From an uncultured Candidatus Bathyarchaeia archaeon (GTDB lineage: Archaea; Thermoproteota; CALKCG01; B24), in contig CAYWZZ010000002.1 of the NCBI GenBank assembly GCA_964463005.1, forward strand, positions 27,939 to 91,938: DNA of 64,000 nt, written 5' to 3'. The notes under the pieces are model-generated. The model was not told the DNA's origin and did no database searches. It saw only the letters and a list, made by a program, of their open reading frames with translations. The position numbers were made by a program, and so were the translations under genes. This document shows positions 1 to 9,657 of this stretch, in pieces. The number at the start of each line of letters is the position of its first letter. Position 1 is the first letter of the stretch.

Positions 1-414
1 ATAAACTGCCCGTTTTAACGGGCTATAAAGCCGTAAATACGATAATAATCACAACTAAGAAGCTTGAAGTGGTAGGTTTGCTTATAGACACCGTCGTAGC
101 GAATGGCATTAATCGTATTGAAGGAGTATGGTTTTCCATCTCAAATGAACTTATGAACAGTGCTAGACTAACACTCATATCTATGGCCATTGAAGACGCT
201 AAACGTAAAGCTGAAGCTGCTCTAAAGCCTTTAAATATGTCGATCATTGACGTTAAAAAGCATAGAGGTTGTAGATATATCGGGGTATGAGGTAATTCAA
301 TACAAGCTCTCGGGTATGGTATCTGAAACAACTCCCATACTTCCAGGCGAAGTTGAAATCGCAGTGACTGTACGCGTAGTATTCTACATAGGTTAACCCC
401 ATATTTTTTCCAAC
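1..414 (+). pseudogene. DUF541/SIMPL-family protein, 5'-partial, interrupted by a frameshift near 256-262 (A5 run)
   Basis: Frame 3 reads ...TLISMAIEDAKRKAEAALKPLNMSIIDVK and stops at 288-290. Frame 1 continues SIEVVDISGYEVIQYKLSGMVSETTPILPGEVEIAVTVRVVFYIG*, a typical SIMPL C-terminus. Removing one A from the aaaaag run restores a single frame. Confidence 0.55.
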
Positions 415-486
415 CCTGTAAAATTGTAAAAGTTAAATAATCCCTAGCTCTACTCATATGATGTTTCATGGTGGTTATTGTGAGGG

Positions 487-1746
487 GTGACCGTTTTCCA
501 GAGTAGTAATGAAGAAGCTACTCAAGAGGTTGAATTAGAAGGTCATCTTATAGATTCTCTAATACTTCCAAAAATCTTCGATTTGATAATGGATCTCGGT
601 GGCGATTTCGAAGTATTGGAGTTTCGAATAGGTAGACGTAAAACGGAAACGAGCTATGCAAAGTTGCTGATTAAGGGTAGAAGTAGACGGCATCTTGAAA
701 CAATTCTGAAAGAAGTTTATCGCCTCGGAGCCGTCACACCTACTCCTGAAGAAGTTCAACTTAAAGCCGCTCCAGCCGATATGGTTTTGCCAGACGGCTT
801 CTACGTGACTACAAACCATCCAACATACGTGTACTTTAAAGGTAACTGGCTTGAAGTCGAAGGCATATGTATGGATAAGGTGATATCAATAGACCCCTCT
901 TCAGGTAGAGCTTACTGTAAATCCATAAGGGACGTTAAAGCCGGAGATTTAATAGTCGTAGGTGAGAAGGGAGTTAAAGTTAAACCTCCAGAATATCCTC
1001 GAGAAGGATCTGGAATATTTGAGTTTATGAGCAGTAGAAGCTCACCTGAGAAACCTTCAACCTCAATAATTAGAGTGATAGCTGAGGATATGGTTAAGAT
1101 CAAGAAATCTAATGGTAAAATCGTCGTAGTGGCTGGCCCAGCAGTCGTACATACAGGTGCTGATGAAGCTTTAGCTAAAATCATAAGAATGGGGTTTGTA
1201 GACGCTTTACTCTCGGGTAATGCTCTAGCCGTTCACGACATTGAGTACAACCTATTTGGGACATCTCTGGGGATGTCTGTGAAAAACGGTAGAACCATTG
1301 CCGGAAGCAATAGGAACCACCTCGCCGCCATAAACGAGGTTATGAAAGCCGGGTCTATAAAAGATGCCGTTGCTAAGGGTATTGTAAAATCAGGGATCTT
1401 CTACGAGTGTGTCGTAAACGGTGTCCCATACGTATTAGCCGGATCCATAAGAGACGACGGACCACTACCGGACGTCATTACAGACGTAGTAGAGGCTCAG
1501 AAGCTTTACAGGTCTTATCTTAAAGATGCGAATATGGTTATAATGCTCGCGACTATGTTACATTCCATAGCAGTGGGCAATATGCTACCCTCCACTGTTA
1601 AGGTCGTCTGTGTAGACATTAACCCGGCTACTTTGATTAAGCTTCTAGATAGAGGGTCTGCTCAAGCTTTAGGAGTAGTTTCAGACGTTGGAACGTTTCT
1701 GCCCATACTTGCGGAGGAGCTTGCGAAACTTAAAATAAGAGGATGA
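487..1746 (+). CDS. LOR/SDH-like TIGR00300-family protein (ornithine cyclodeaminase-like)
   Basis: 419-aa ORF. Overall similarity to the LOR/SDH conserved region found in archaeal OCD-like proteins (recalled from memory, not searched). Confidence 0.5.
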   Translation: MTVFQSSNEEATQEVELEGHLIDSLILPKIFDLIMDLGGDFEVLEFRIGRRKTETSYAKLLIKGRSRRHLETILKEVYRLGAVTPTPEEVQLKAAPADMVLPDGFYVTTNHPTYVYFKGNWLEVEGICMDKVISIDPSSGRAYCKSIRDVKAGDLIVVGEKGVKVKPPEYPREGSGIFEFMSSRSSPEKPSTSIIRVIAEDMVKIKKSNGKIVVVAGPAVVHTGADEALAKIIRMGFVDALLSGNALAVHDIEYNLFGTSLGMSVKNGRTIAGSNRNHLAAINEVMKAGSIKDAVAKGIVKSGIFYECVVNGVPYVLAGSIRDDGPLPDVITDVVEAQKLYRSYLKDANMVIMLATMLHSIAVGNMLPSTVKVVCVDINPATLIKLLDRGSAQALGVVSDVGTFLPILAEELAKLKIRG

Positions 1747-1762
1747 TTTAACTAAGTTATCG

Positions 1763-2305
1763 GTGATCCTTTTGAAGATAGCTCTTGCAGGTCAACTTGG
1801 AGCGGGATGTACTGAAGTGGCGGAGATAATAGCTAAAAAAACTGGGATTAAAATGTTCAATAGTGAATCTTTCATAAGGAGGCTTGTAGCGGAATCTGCC
1901 ATAAAATTCAGTAACTTTGAAGAATACATATCTTCTGGAGAAATTCGGATAGACCGTATTATTGAAGGAATGGTCTTAGACACTGTTAACCTAGAGGATA
2001 AAGTTATAGTTGAAGGTAGATCTGCCTTCTTCCTATTGAAGAAGGAGGGGATTTTCAAAGTTCTTCTTGTAGCAGACAATAATTTTAGAGCATCGAGAAT
2101 AGCTGAAAGAAGAGGCATATCGCTTGAAGAAGCTGAGGAGGAGATTGAACACAGCGATGAAGAGAGGGGGAATCTCGTAAAGAGGTTTTACGGTTTAAAC
2201 TGGCTAGACCCTAAAAACTACCACCTAGTGGTTAATACAAGCTTTAAGAAGATGGAAGATGTAGCTGAAATAGTTCTAGCGGCTTATAAGATTCTCTTTA
2301 AGTGA
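1763..2305 (+). CDS. archaeal-type cytidylate (CMP) kinase-like protein with degenerate Walker A (GAGCTE instead of GSGKTT)
   Basis: 180 aa, colinear with archaeal cmk (EGRSAFF..., VVNTS). The P-loop lysine is replaced by Cys (LAGQLGAGCTE). Confidence 0.55.
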   Translation: MILLKIALAGQLGAGCTEVAEIIAKKTGIKMFNSESFIRRLVAESAIKFSNFEEYISSGEIRIDRIIEGMVLDTVNLEDKVIVEGRSAFFLLKKEGIFKVLLVADNNFRASRIAERRGISLEEAEEEIEHSDEERGNLVKRFYGLNWLDPKNYHLVVNTSFKKMEDVAEIVLAAYKILFK

Positions 2306-2309
2306 GAGG

Positions 2310-3695
2310 CTACTTTCCAAGGTTAAACTCTCTATGTATCGCTCTCACCGCTTTTTCACAGTCTACGTCTTTGACGACGAACGATATGTTTAACTCAGAT
2401 GAGCCTTGAGCTATCATTCTAATGTTAACCCCCTCACTTGCTACTGCTTTGAATATCCTAGCAGCCGTCCCAGGCTTCCCCCTCATTCCACTCCCAATAA
2501 CAGCTACAACGGCTATATCCGACTCGTAACTTATACTTCTCACCAAATCCGTACCGAGTAACGCCGTTTCAAGAAGGGAGACGGCTTTCATAAGCGTTCT
2601 ACTAGGGACGATGACTGATATATTACTTTCGCTCACGGTTTGAGCAATCATCATTATGTTTATGTTTGCTTTTCCAAGAACTTGGAATATTCTAGCAGCC
2701 GTCCCAGGCGTTCCAACCATGCCGAAGCCCTGAACATTTATTAAACCTACATCTCTGGCTACTGTAACAGCTTTAACCACGTCTTTACTTTCCATCGGCT
2801 TTGACGTAATTAAAGTGCCTCGATTATCCGGGTTAAACGTGTTTCTAATTCTAACCGGTATGTTATCTACCATAGCTGGTTCTAAAGCCCTCGGATGCAT
2901 CCTTTTAACACCTAAAATAGCCATTTCAACAGCTTCTTCAAAACTAAGCTCTTCTATAGTCTTAGCAGATGGCTCTAATTTTGGATCCGCCGTCATGAGA
3001 CCATCCACATCCGTCCAAAGCCAGACTTCATCGGCTTTTAAAGCGGCAGCTATTAAAGTAGCAGTATAATCTGAGCCGCCTCTCCCCAGTGTTGTAATAG
3101 AGCCGTCTTGACTTTTAGCTATATAGCCTGTAACAATTGGGACGATGCCTTTATCGATCATCGGTTGAAGTTTACTCCTTAACTGGAGTTTACTCAATTC
3201 GATGAAAGGTCTAGCTTCTCCATAATTTGAGTCCGTAACTATCCCAGCATCCCAACCAGTTAGCCATTCGGCTTTAACGCCGATGCTGTTTAAACAACCC
3301 CATAGTATAGGCGTGGACATAAGCTCTCCGAACGATGCTACATAATCTCTAACCCTTGGCGTAACTTCTTTAACGTAATATATTCCATGTAGGAGCTTCT
3401 CAAGTTCACTCTTGAGGGAGTTTAAGATTTTAAGTACGCTGTCTAAATGCTCGCGACTCTCAATAGAGGCTTTAGCCATAGCAATATGTCTTTCAAACAG
3501 TGCGTTTACTCCATAGGCTATATACGTTTCGTCTTTAAGAGATTCCTCACACATGGTTAAAAGCTCATCTGTAACGCCTGATAAGGCTGAAGATACAACG
3601 ACTACCTTATACCCTCTTTGAACGTATTTACGGATTAAGTCTGCTACATGTTTAACGCTAGCGGCGTCTTCTAAGGAGGCCCCTCCAAACTTCAT
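2310..3695 (-). CDS. lysC: aspartate kinase
   Basis: KFGGASL start, VVVSSA motif, and two C-terminal ACT-like repeats. It is adjacent to hom, thrC and thrB. Confidence 0.85.
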   Translation of the reverse strand: MKFGGASLEDAASVKHVADLIRKYVQRGYKVVVVSSALSGVTDELLTMCEESLKDETYIAYGVNALFERHIAMAKASIESREHLDSVLKILNSLKSELEKLLHGIYYVKEVTPRVRDYVASFGELMSTPILWGCLNSIGVKAEWLTGWDAGIVTDSNYGEARPFIELSKLQLRSKLQPMIDKGIVPIVTGYIAKSQDGSITTLGRGGSDYTATLIAAALKADEVWLWTDVDGLMTADPKLEPSAKTIEELSFEEAVEMAILGVKRMHPRALEPAMVDNIPVRIRNTFNPDNRGTLITSKPMESKDVVKAVTVARDVGLINVQGFGMVGTPGTAARIFQVLGKANINIMMIAQTVSESNISVIVPSRTLMKAVSLLETALLGTDLVRSISYESDIAVVAVIGSGMRGKPGTAARIFKAVASEGVNIRMIAQGSSELNISFVVKDVDCEKAVRAIHREFNLGK

Positions 3696-4744
3696 AACAA
3701 CTTTAAAGGCAATCCCCCCAAACTACCCATTAGAAATCTCTTGACGATTATTAAATCTCTTACTATTGCTATTGCTGTTTCAGCCCCTCCAGCACCTTTA
3801 CCCACAATGGTTTCTGATCCAAGTTTCTCCATGTGAAAGGTCACAGCATTTAAGGTTCCCCAGACGCATAAGGGATCTGTCAAATCAACCTCTCTAGGTT
3901 GAACTCTTAGTGAGTTGTCTTCTCCATCAATAACGCCTAGGAGTTTGATCGTTTTGCCAGATTTAGCGAGCTCTCTGAGTTGATCACGGGTTACCCCCCT
4001 TATACCTCTGACTTCAACATCTTTAAGCGTAACTTTCAAACCCATAACGTAGTTAGCTATTATCACGAGTTTGCATGCCGTATCGAACCCTTCCACATCC
4101 ATGAAGGGGTCTTTCTCGGCATAACCAAACTTTTGAGCCTCAGTTAACGCCTCATTAAAGTCTAATCCATCGGCATACATTCTAGTTAGAATATAGTTTG
4201 TCGTCCCGTTTAAAATACCCTCAACTTTCACAACATCGTCTCCAGACTGACACATCCTCCCAAAATCGAGAACGGGTGTACCTCCACCAACCGTCCCGCT
4301 GAATCTAAGGATGGCCCCATTTCTATCCGCTATCTCCATGAGAGCCGGTAAGGCTAATGCCAGAGGACCCTTATTTGTGGTTACGACGCTTTTACCCATG
4401 GATAACGCCTTCCTTATATGGCTTAACCCCGGTTCTCCATTAACTATATTCGTAGGCGTTGTTTCCACCAGAACGTCGTAATCGAAGTTTTCAAGTAGCT
4501 CTTCTAGAGGGGCCTTCACGGTTCTATCAGGTAGGGCTTTAGCTAAATATCCATAATTCATCTTAGCTTCTAAAGCCTCCTTAACGTCAACCCCTCTTTC
4601 ATCAACTAAAGCCCCCGAGCTGTCAGCGATTGCTATAACTCTAGGTTTAAGACCAAACTTTGAGACTAGCTTATCTCTCTCGTACAGTATTTTCTCAGCT
4701 AAGGCTCTACCGACTACGCCAAACCCTATCATAAAAATCCTCAT
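3692..4744 (-). CDS. hom: homoserine dehydrogenase
   Basis: N-terminal GFGVVGRALAE Rossmann motif. Overall match to homoserine dehydrogenase. Operon context. Confidence 0.8.
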   Translation of the reverse strand: MRIFMIGFGVVGRALAEKILYERDKLVSKFGLKPRVIAIADSSGALVDERGVDVKEALEAKMNYGYLAKALPDRTVKAPLEELLENFDYDVLVETTPTNIVNGEPGLSHIRKALSMGKSVVTTNKGPLALALPALMEIADRNGAILRFSGTVGGGTPVLDFGRMCQSGDDVVKVEGILNGTTNYILTRMYADGLDFNEALTEAQKFGYAEKDPFMDVEGFDTACKLVIIANYVMGLKVTLKDVEVRGIRGVTRDQLRELAKSGKTIKLLGVIDGEDNSLRVQPREVDLTDPLCVWGTLNAVTFHMEKLGSETIVGKGAGGAETAIAIVRDLIIVKRFLMGSLGGLPLKLL

Positions 4745-4745
4745 A

Positions 4746-5996
4746 TCAGCTCAAACCTCCAAGGTAATTAAGGACGCTTTTAGAATCTGCTTCAACTTCA
4801 GCAGGTTTTTCGGAGAACATCATGGCAGTATCCGGATCTTTCAACCCGTTGCCAGTAGCTATGCATACTACAACATCATCAGCATCTATTAAACCATCAT
4901 CGCGATGCTTCATGAGGTAGGCGATTGGCACCGCTCCAGCGGGCTCTGTGAATATACCTTCAGTCTTAGCCAAAGCCTTCTGAGCTTCCACAATATCGTT
5001 ATCATCTACGTCTTCGAATAAACCGTTGGATTTTTTAACAGCCCTCATGGCTTTTTTCCAATTAACAGGATTCCCTATCCTAATGGCCGTTGCAACAGTT
5101 TCCACTTGCGTTAGAGGGATTAGGTCTCTATTATCCTTAAATGCCCTAACGAGGGGGTTGGCTCCTTTGGATTGGACACCGACCATCTTAGGCTTGAGTT
5201 CTGATAGACCTAGCAGTGCTAGTTCTTCAAACCCCTTCCAATATGCTGAGATATTGCCAGCGTTGCCGACTGGAATTATCAGCCAATCCGGAACTCTATT
5301 CCCTAACTGTTCGTATATTTCAAATGCTGCCGTCTTCTGACCCTCAAGCCTGTAAGGGTTTAGTGAATTTAAAAGGTAGAAGTCGGGTCTATTACTCAGC
5401 TCTACGACTATCCTTAGAGCATCGTCAAAATTCCCCCTAATCGCTATTACTTTAGCACCATAGATTAAGGCTTGAGCGAGTTTACCCAAAGCTATTTTAC
5501 CGGATGGTATTAAAACTATGCAGTTTAAACCTGCTCTAGCCGCGTAAGCCGCTAGAGAGCTACTGGTATTTCCAGTTGATGCACATATGAGATTTTTAAC
5601 TCCGAACTCTAACGCCTTTGTAACGCCGACGGTCATCCCCCTATCTTTAAATGAACCCGTCGGGTTACCGCCTTCATCTTTAACATATAGGTTTTTGAGT
5701 TTAAGTTTCTCACCGAGTCTTCTGCAGTGTATAAGCCTCGTACCTCCTTCACCTATCGATACTCTAAGCGTTTTATTTAAAACAGGTAGAAGTTCACTAT
5801 ACTTCCAAACGCTCAGTGGTCTATTAGACCACAATTTCTGAACAGTTTCAGCTAATGCATCATAGTCGTACTCTACATCCAGTAAGCCTCCACATTTTGG
5901 ACAAACGTAGACCTTATCCATGACTCCCACAAAGCTTCCACATTCTATACACCGTATCTTCAAAATGACCCCACCCTTAAACCCTACATACACCAT
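4746..5996 (-). CDS. thrC: threonine synthase with N-terminal zinc ribbon
   Basis: CxxC...CxxC N-terminus, PLP lysine motif (SFKDRG), and fold-type II PLP enzyme features. Confidence 0.8.
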   Translation of the reverse strand: MVYVGFKGGVILKIRCIECGSFVGVMDKVYVCPKCGGLLDVEYDYDALAETVQKLWSNRPLSVWKYSELLPVLNKTLRVSIGEGGTRLIHCRRLGEKLKLKNLYVKDEGGNPTGSFKDRGMTVGVTKALEFGVKNLICASTGNTSSSLAAYAARAGLNCIVLIPSGKIALGKLAQALIYGAKVIAIRGNFDDALRIVVELSNRPDFYLLNSLNPYRLEGQKTAAFEIYEQLGNRVPDWLIIPVGNAGNISAYWKGFEELALLGLSELKPKMVGVQSKGANPLVRAFKDNRDLIPLTQVETVATAIRIGNPVNWKKAMRAVKKSNGLFEDVDDNDIVEAQKALAKTEGIFTEPAGAVPIAYLMKHRDDGLIDADDVVVCIATGNGLKDPDTAMMFSEKPAEVEADSKSVLNYLGGLS

Positions 5997-6888
5997 TCCC
6001 AGGCTCGGTTTTATAAACCGTGTAACTTAAACCTAAGACTTTACAAACTTCTTTAAACGCATTATATAACTCATCGACTAAATGCTTCTCGATTAACCCA
6101 ATTACCGCAGGTCCAGCACCGCTTGCCGCAACACCAGCTCCAACCTTAACACCAACCTCCTTAAATAGCGTGAACCCTTTAAGTATACCTGCTTTAGCTC
6201 TAGCTGGCTCTATTACGCAATCGTTCATGCCCATTTTTATCAAGTCGATGTTCCCAGAGATGATTCCTGCAACGAGTGTTGAGGCGTAGGCTACGTTCTT
6301 AATCATGTGTTCAAGTGGGATATGTTTTGGAAGAACCTCTCTAGCAATTCTTGTAGAGCCTTTCTCAACGTGAGGTAGAGCTATGACGATACCGACTTCC
6401 GGCGGCTTGAAACATAGGACCTTCAAGGGTTTTCGAGAAGCTATTATCGTAAACCCTCCGTACAGCGCTGGTGCAACATTATCTGCATGTGCAACTCCAG
6501 CTGAAACAATTTCACCGAGTGAAGCGTATTCAACTAAAGCGTCTAAACTGAGGTTTAAGCGGTAGATTTCGTTGAGTGCGTATGCTACTCCAGCAGCTGT
6601 CGCAGCTGAGCTACCGAGCCCACTACCCGGTTTTATGCGTTTAATTATCTTAAGTTTGACGCCAGAGTTTAACATGAAGTCTCTGATCATCCTTAAGGCT
6701 ACGTAGCCTCCGGTATTTTCTTCAGGGTTTTTTGGGACATCGTAGCCTTCAACTTGTATTTCAATTCCACCGTCGGATTTTTCCACTTCAATTATATCGT
6801 AAGGTTCCTTCAAAGCTAGTCCAAATACGTCGAATCCGGCTCCTAGATTGGCTACCGTGGCCGGGCACTTCAATCTTATCGAGTTCAC
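5977..6888 (-). CDS. thrB: homoserine kinase (GHMP kinase)
   Basis: GHMP motif PxGSGLGSSAA and GAGFDVFGLAL. Operon context. Confidence 0.8.
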   Translation of the reverse strand: MNSIRLKCPATVANLGAGFDVFGLALKEPYDIIEVEKSDGGIEIQVEGYDVPKNPEENTGGYVALRMIRDFMLNSGVKLKIIKRIKPGSGLGSSAATAAGVAYALNEIYRLNLSLDALVEYASLGEIVSAGVAHADNVAPALYGGFTIIASRKPLKVLCFKPPEVGIVIALPHVEKGSTRIAREVLPKHIPLEHMIKNVAYASTLVAGIISGNIDLIKMGMNDCVIEPARAKAGILKGFTLFKEVGVKVGAGVAASGAGPAVIGLIEKHLVDELYNAFKEVCKVLGLSYTVYKTEPGNGVCRV

Positions 6889-6970
6889 GTAAATCCTCCT
6901 TGAAGTTAAGTAAGATTTATTTAAGCTTAGTAATTATTTTTTCCTTTCGTCTAGTTTAGGAGGTTTAGTT

Positions 6971-8221
6971 TTGTACGATAAGATTGTCAACGATTTGATA
7001 GATTATGTTAAAAAACACCACGAATATAGGTCTAAGTGTATAAACCTAATAGCTAGTGAAAATATCACAAGCCCGCAGGTAAGACTTGTTATGGGCTCTG
7101 ATCTGGGACATAGATATGCCATAGGCTTCCTGTATATGCGAATGTACAGGGGGTGTAAGTTTATAGACTCCATAGAGGAGCTTACTGGCTATTTGGCTAG
7201 AAAACTATTCAAGGTAGAGCATGTCAACTATATTCCAATAAGCGGCACGGTGGCTAACTTAGTTATGTTCAATGCTTTAACAAACCCAGGCGATTCTGTG
7301 GCCGCTTTAACTGTTCTCGATGGAGGGCACAGTAGCTTTAGAGAATGTAGCCGTGTAAGAGGTGTAGCTATGATCCCCCTACCGTTTAACCAGAAGGAAT
7401 ACAACGTGGACGTTGCAGAATCCGAACGCCTCATAAGAAGAGTTAAACCTAAAATAGTCCTCTTAGGTGCGTCAGATATACTCTTCCCACACCCCGTTAA
7501 AGAGCTTAGAGAGATCGTCGAAGAATATGGAGGAATACTAGCGTATGATGCTGCTCATGTTTTAGGGTTAATCGCAGGTGGAAAGTTTCAAGACCCATTG
7601 AGGGAGGGGGCGGAGGTCGTTACAGGTAGCACGCATAAGACTCTATTTGGGCCTCAAGGCGGTATAATACTATGCCGTAGAAAATACAGCTCTGCCATAG
7701 ATTTCTCAGCTTGGCAGATGGTCAATAACCATCATATCCATAGGGTGGCGGGTTTAGCTATAACGTTGTGTGAGTTTCTGGCGTTTGGTGAGAAATACGC
7801 TGATCAAGTTGTTAGAAATGCGAAAGCTCTAGCGGAGAACCTCTATAATAAGGGTTTAAAACCTTTATGTCCTGATAAAGGATTCACCGAATCTCACCAA
7901 GTCATAGTAGACGTAGGCAGTAACAGTGGTGTGGAGGCTAGTCTCAAGCTTGAAGAGGCAAACATAATAGTGAACCCGATGCCTCTACCTTGGGATCCAC
8001 AGGAAGATAAATGTTCGGGTATTAGGCTCGGCGTTCAAGAGGTTACTAGATTAGGTATGTGTGAATCTGAAATGGACTTCATAGCCGATAGAATAGCAAG
8101 TTTATTACTTGATAAAGAAACAGTGGAGGAGACGCGTAGAAAAGTGTCAGAGTTTATGGAAGGTTATCAAAAGATACACTACTGTTTCGACGACTGTGCA
8201 GAAGCCTACAGGTATCTCTAA
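6971..8221 (+). CDS. glyA: serine hydroxymethyltransferase
   Basis: LIASEN and GSTHKTLFGPQGG motifs. TTG start with GGAGG 8 nt upstream. Confidence 0.85.
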   Translation: MYDKIVNDLIDYVKKHHEYRSKCINLIASENITSPQVRLVMGSDLGHRYAIGFLYMRMYRGCKFIDSIEELTGYLARKLFKVEHVNYIPISGTVANLVMFNALTNPGDSVAALTVLDGGHSSFRECSRVRGVAMIPLPFNQKEYNVDVAESERLIRRVKPKIVLLGASDILFPHPVKELREIVEEYGGILAYDAAHVLGLIAGGKFQDPLREGAEVVTGSTHKTLFGPQGGIILCRRKYSSAIDFSAWQMVNNHHIHRVAGLAITLCEFLAFGEKYADQVVRNAKALAENLYNKGLKPLCPDKGFTESHQVIVDVGSNSGVEASLKLEEANIIVNPMPLPWDPQEDKCSGIRLGVQEVTRLGMCESEMDFIADRIASLLLDKETVEETRRKVSEFMEGYQKIHYCFDDCAEAYRYL

Positions 8222-8276
8222 CAACTCTAAGCAAAAGAAACATTTACCTAATTCCTCCCACTTAGTTTTCTTTAGA

Positions 8277-8498
8277 ATGGGTTTAGAGAAAATGGTTGAG
8301 AAGGCTGAGAAGCTCGTAAGGCAGAAGAGAGTGGTATATCTTGGAGGGGGCAGGTTTAGCGTTGTGGGAAATCATGGAACTTACGTCGTTCAACAGCTCC
8401 CTGACGGAAGATTAACCTGCACTTGTCAAGGTTTTCAAAAGCGGCGCGTATGCTCTCACGTAGCAGCCGTTACAATACTTCGAGAAATTAAACATTAG
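8277..8498 (+). CDS. small SWIM zinc-finger protein
   Basis: CTCQGF...CSHV matches the SWIM pattern CxCxnCxH. I chose the internal ATG at 8277 because the listed ORF start at 8109 overlaps the glyA 3' end. Confidence 0.5.
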   Translation: MGLEKMVEKAEKLVRQKRVVYLGGGRFSVVGNHGTYVVQQLPDGRLTCTCQGFQKRRVCSHVAAVTILREIKH

Positions 8499-8565
8499 AA
8501 GTTGAGGGACGAATCTTACCAGATTACATTGTTGAAATGAGATTGAATTTTGAAGAAAAAGGAGC

Positions 8566-9621
8566 TTAACGGACTTTAACTTCTTTTTTCATCTCAGCGG
8601 ATTTTAAGATAGCGTCGAGAGTTTCCTGTAGCATTATCATTTCCTCAGCCTTAGTAATGGGCTCTTCATCCTTCAAAATGCAATCTACTATGAAATGCCT
8701 CATCTCTACTAGATATGGGTCTTCTTTTTCCTCACATTCAATCTTCTTAGTAACGATTTTCCCCTTCTCCTCTGTTATTAAGTTCATAGCCGGATAGTCT
8801 AACCCACCAGCGTCACCTAAGAGGTGGACATAAAACTCAGCTTTGGGTGCAAAACTGGCCCATGCGGCCTCCAAGTAGACCGTAGCTCCACTCTCCATTC
8901 TTATGAGAGCTACACCGAGGTCTTCTACATCAAATGGCCCTCCTGGGACGGGTTTACCCCAGTCTCCGGCAGCCTTCCCCCTAGGTCCAAATTTAGCGTA
9001 CGTTGAGGCGTATACTGATTTGACTTTAAAATCATTCATAATCCAAAACGTCATGTCTAATGCGTGAACTCCTATGTCGAATACTGCTCCTGATCCAGCT
9101 AGAGACTTCGTAGTAAACCAGCTTCCCATGCCAGGTATACCAGTCCTTCTAAGATAGCCGCATTTAGCTAAATATACTTCACCTAATGCTCCATCTGCGA
9201 CGTATTTCCTCAGAACTCTCGTCGTATTGGAGAATCTTCTTGTCAAACCTATAACCAGCTTTCTACCAGCCTTCTTAGAAGTTGCAAACATATCTTTAAC
9301 CTGCTTAGCGTTTAAAGCCGGAGGCTTCTCACATAAGACGTGTTTTCCACTCTTCAAAGCATCAATGGTTACTGGTGCGTGGAGATAGTTCGGTAGGCTT
9401 ACTACAACGGCTTCGACGTCTTTCCTATCAAGTAAGTCATGGTAGTCAACGTAGAGATTTTCCACCTTAAACTTCTCCTTCACCTCTTTTAAAGCTTGTT
9501 CGTCTATATCACAGGCTGCTACGACTTTAGCCTCGCTGAGTTTAAGACATCTATCTATGTGATATTTCCCTATCGAGCCGCAACCTATAACTCCAACCCC
9601 TACAGTCCTCATGTGAATCAT
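8566..9621 (-). CDS. Gfo/Idh/MocA-family NAD(P)-dependent oxidoreductase
   Basis: N-terminal GVIGCGSIGKYH Rossmann motif. EKP motif typical of the family. Confidence 0.75.
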   Translation of the reverse strand: MIHMRTVGVGVIGCGSIGKYHIDRCLKLSEAKVVAACDIDEQALKEVKEKFKVENLYVDYHDLLDRKDVEAVVVSLPNYLHAPVTIDALKSGKHVLCEKPPALNAKQVKDMFATSKKAGRKLVIGLTRRFSNTTRVLRKYVADGALGEVYLAKCGYLRRTGIPGMGSWFTTKSLAGSGAVFDIGVHALDMTFWIMNDFKVKSVYASTYAKFGPRGKAAGDWGKPVPGGPFDVEDLGVALIRMESGATVYLEAAWASFAPKAEFYVHLLGDAGGLDYPAMNLITEEKGKIVTKKIECEEKEDPYLVEMRHFIVDCILKDEEPITKAEEMIMLQETLDAILKSAEMKKEVKVR

Positions 9622-9657
9622 TAATACGGTTTTACATAGGTGTATTTAAATATGATT

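Noticed and set aside
23-469. 148-aa minus-strand ORF
   Set aside because: It is antisense to a well-supported DUF541 coding region and its composition is atypical. It is a shadow ORF.
559-3069. Several 60-110-aa ORFs (559-819, 912-1184, 1792-2118, 2815-3069)
   Set aside because: They are antisense to, or embedded in, strongly supported genes.
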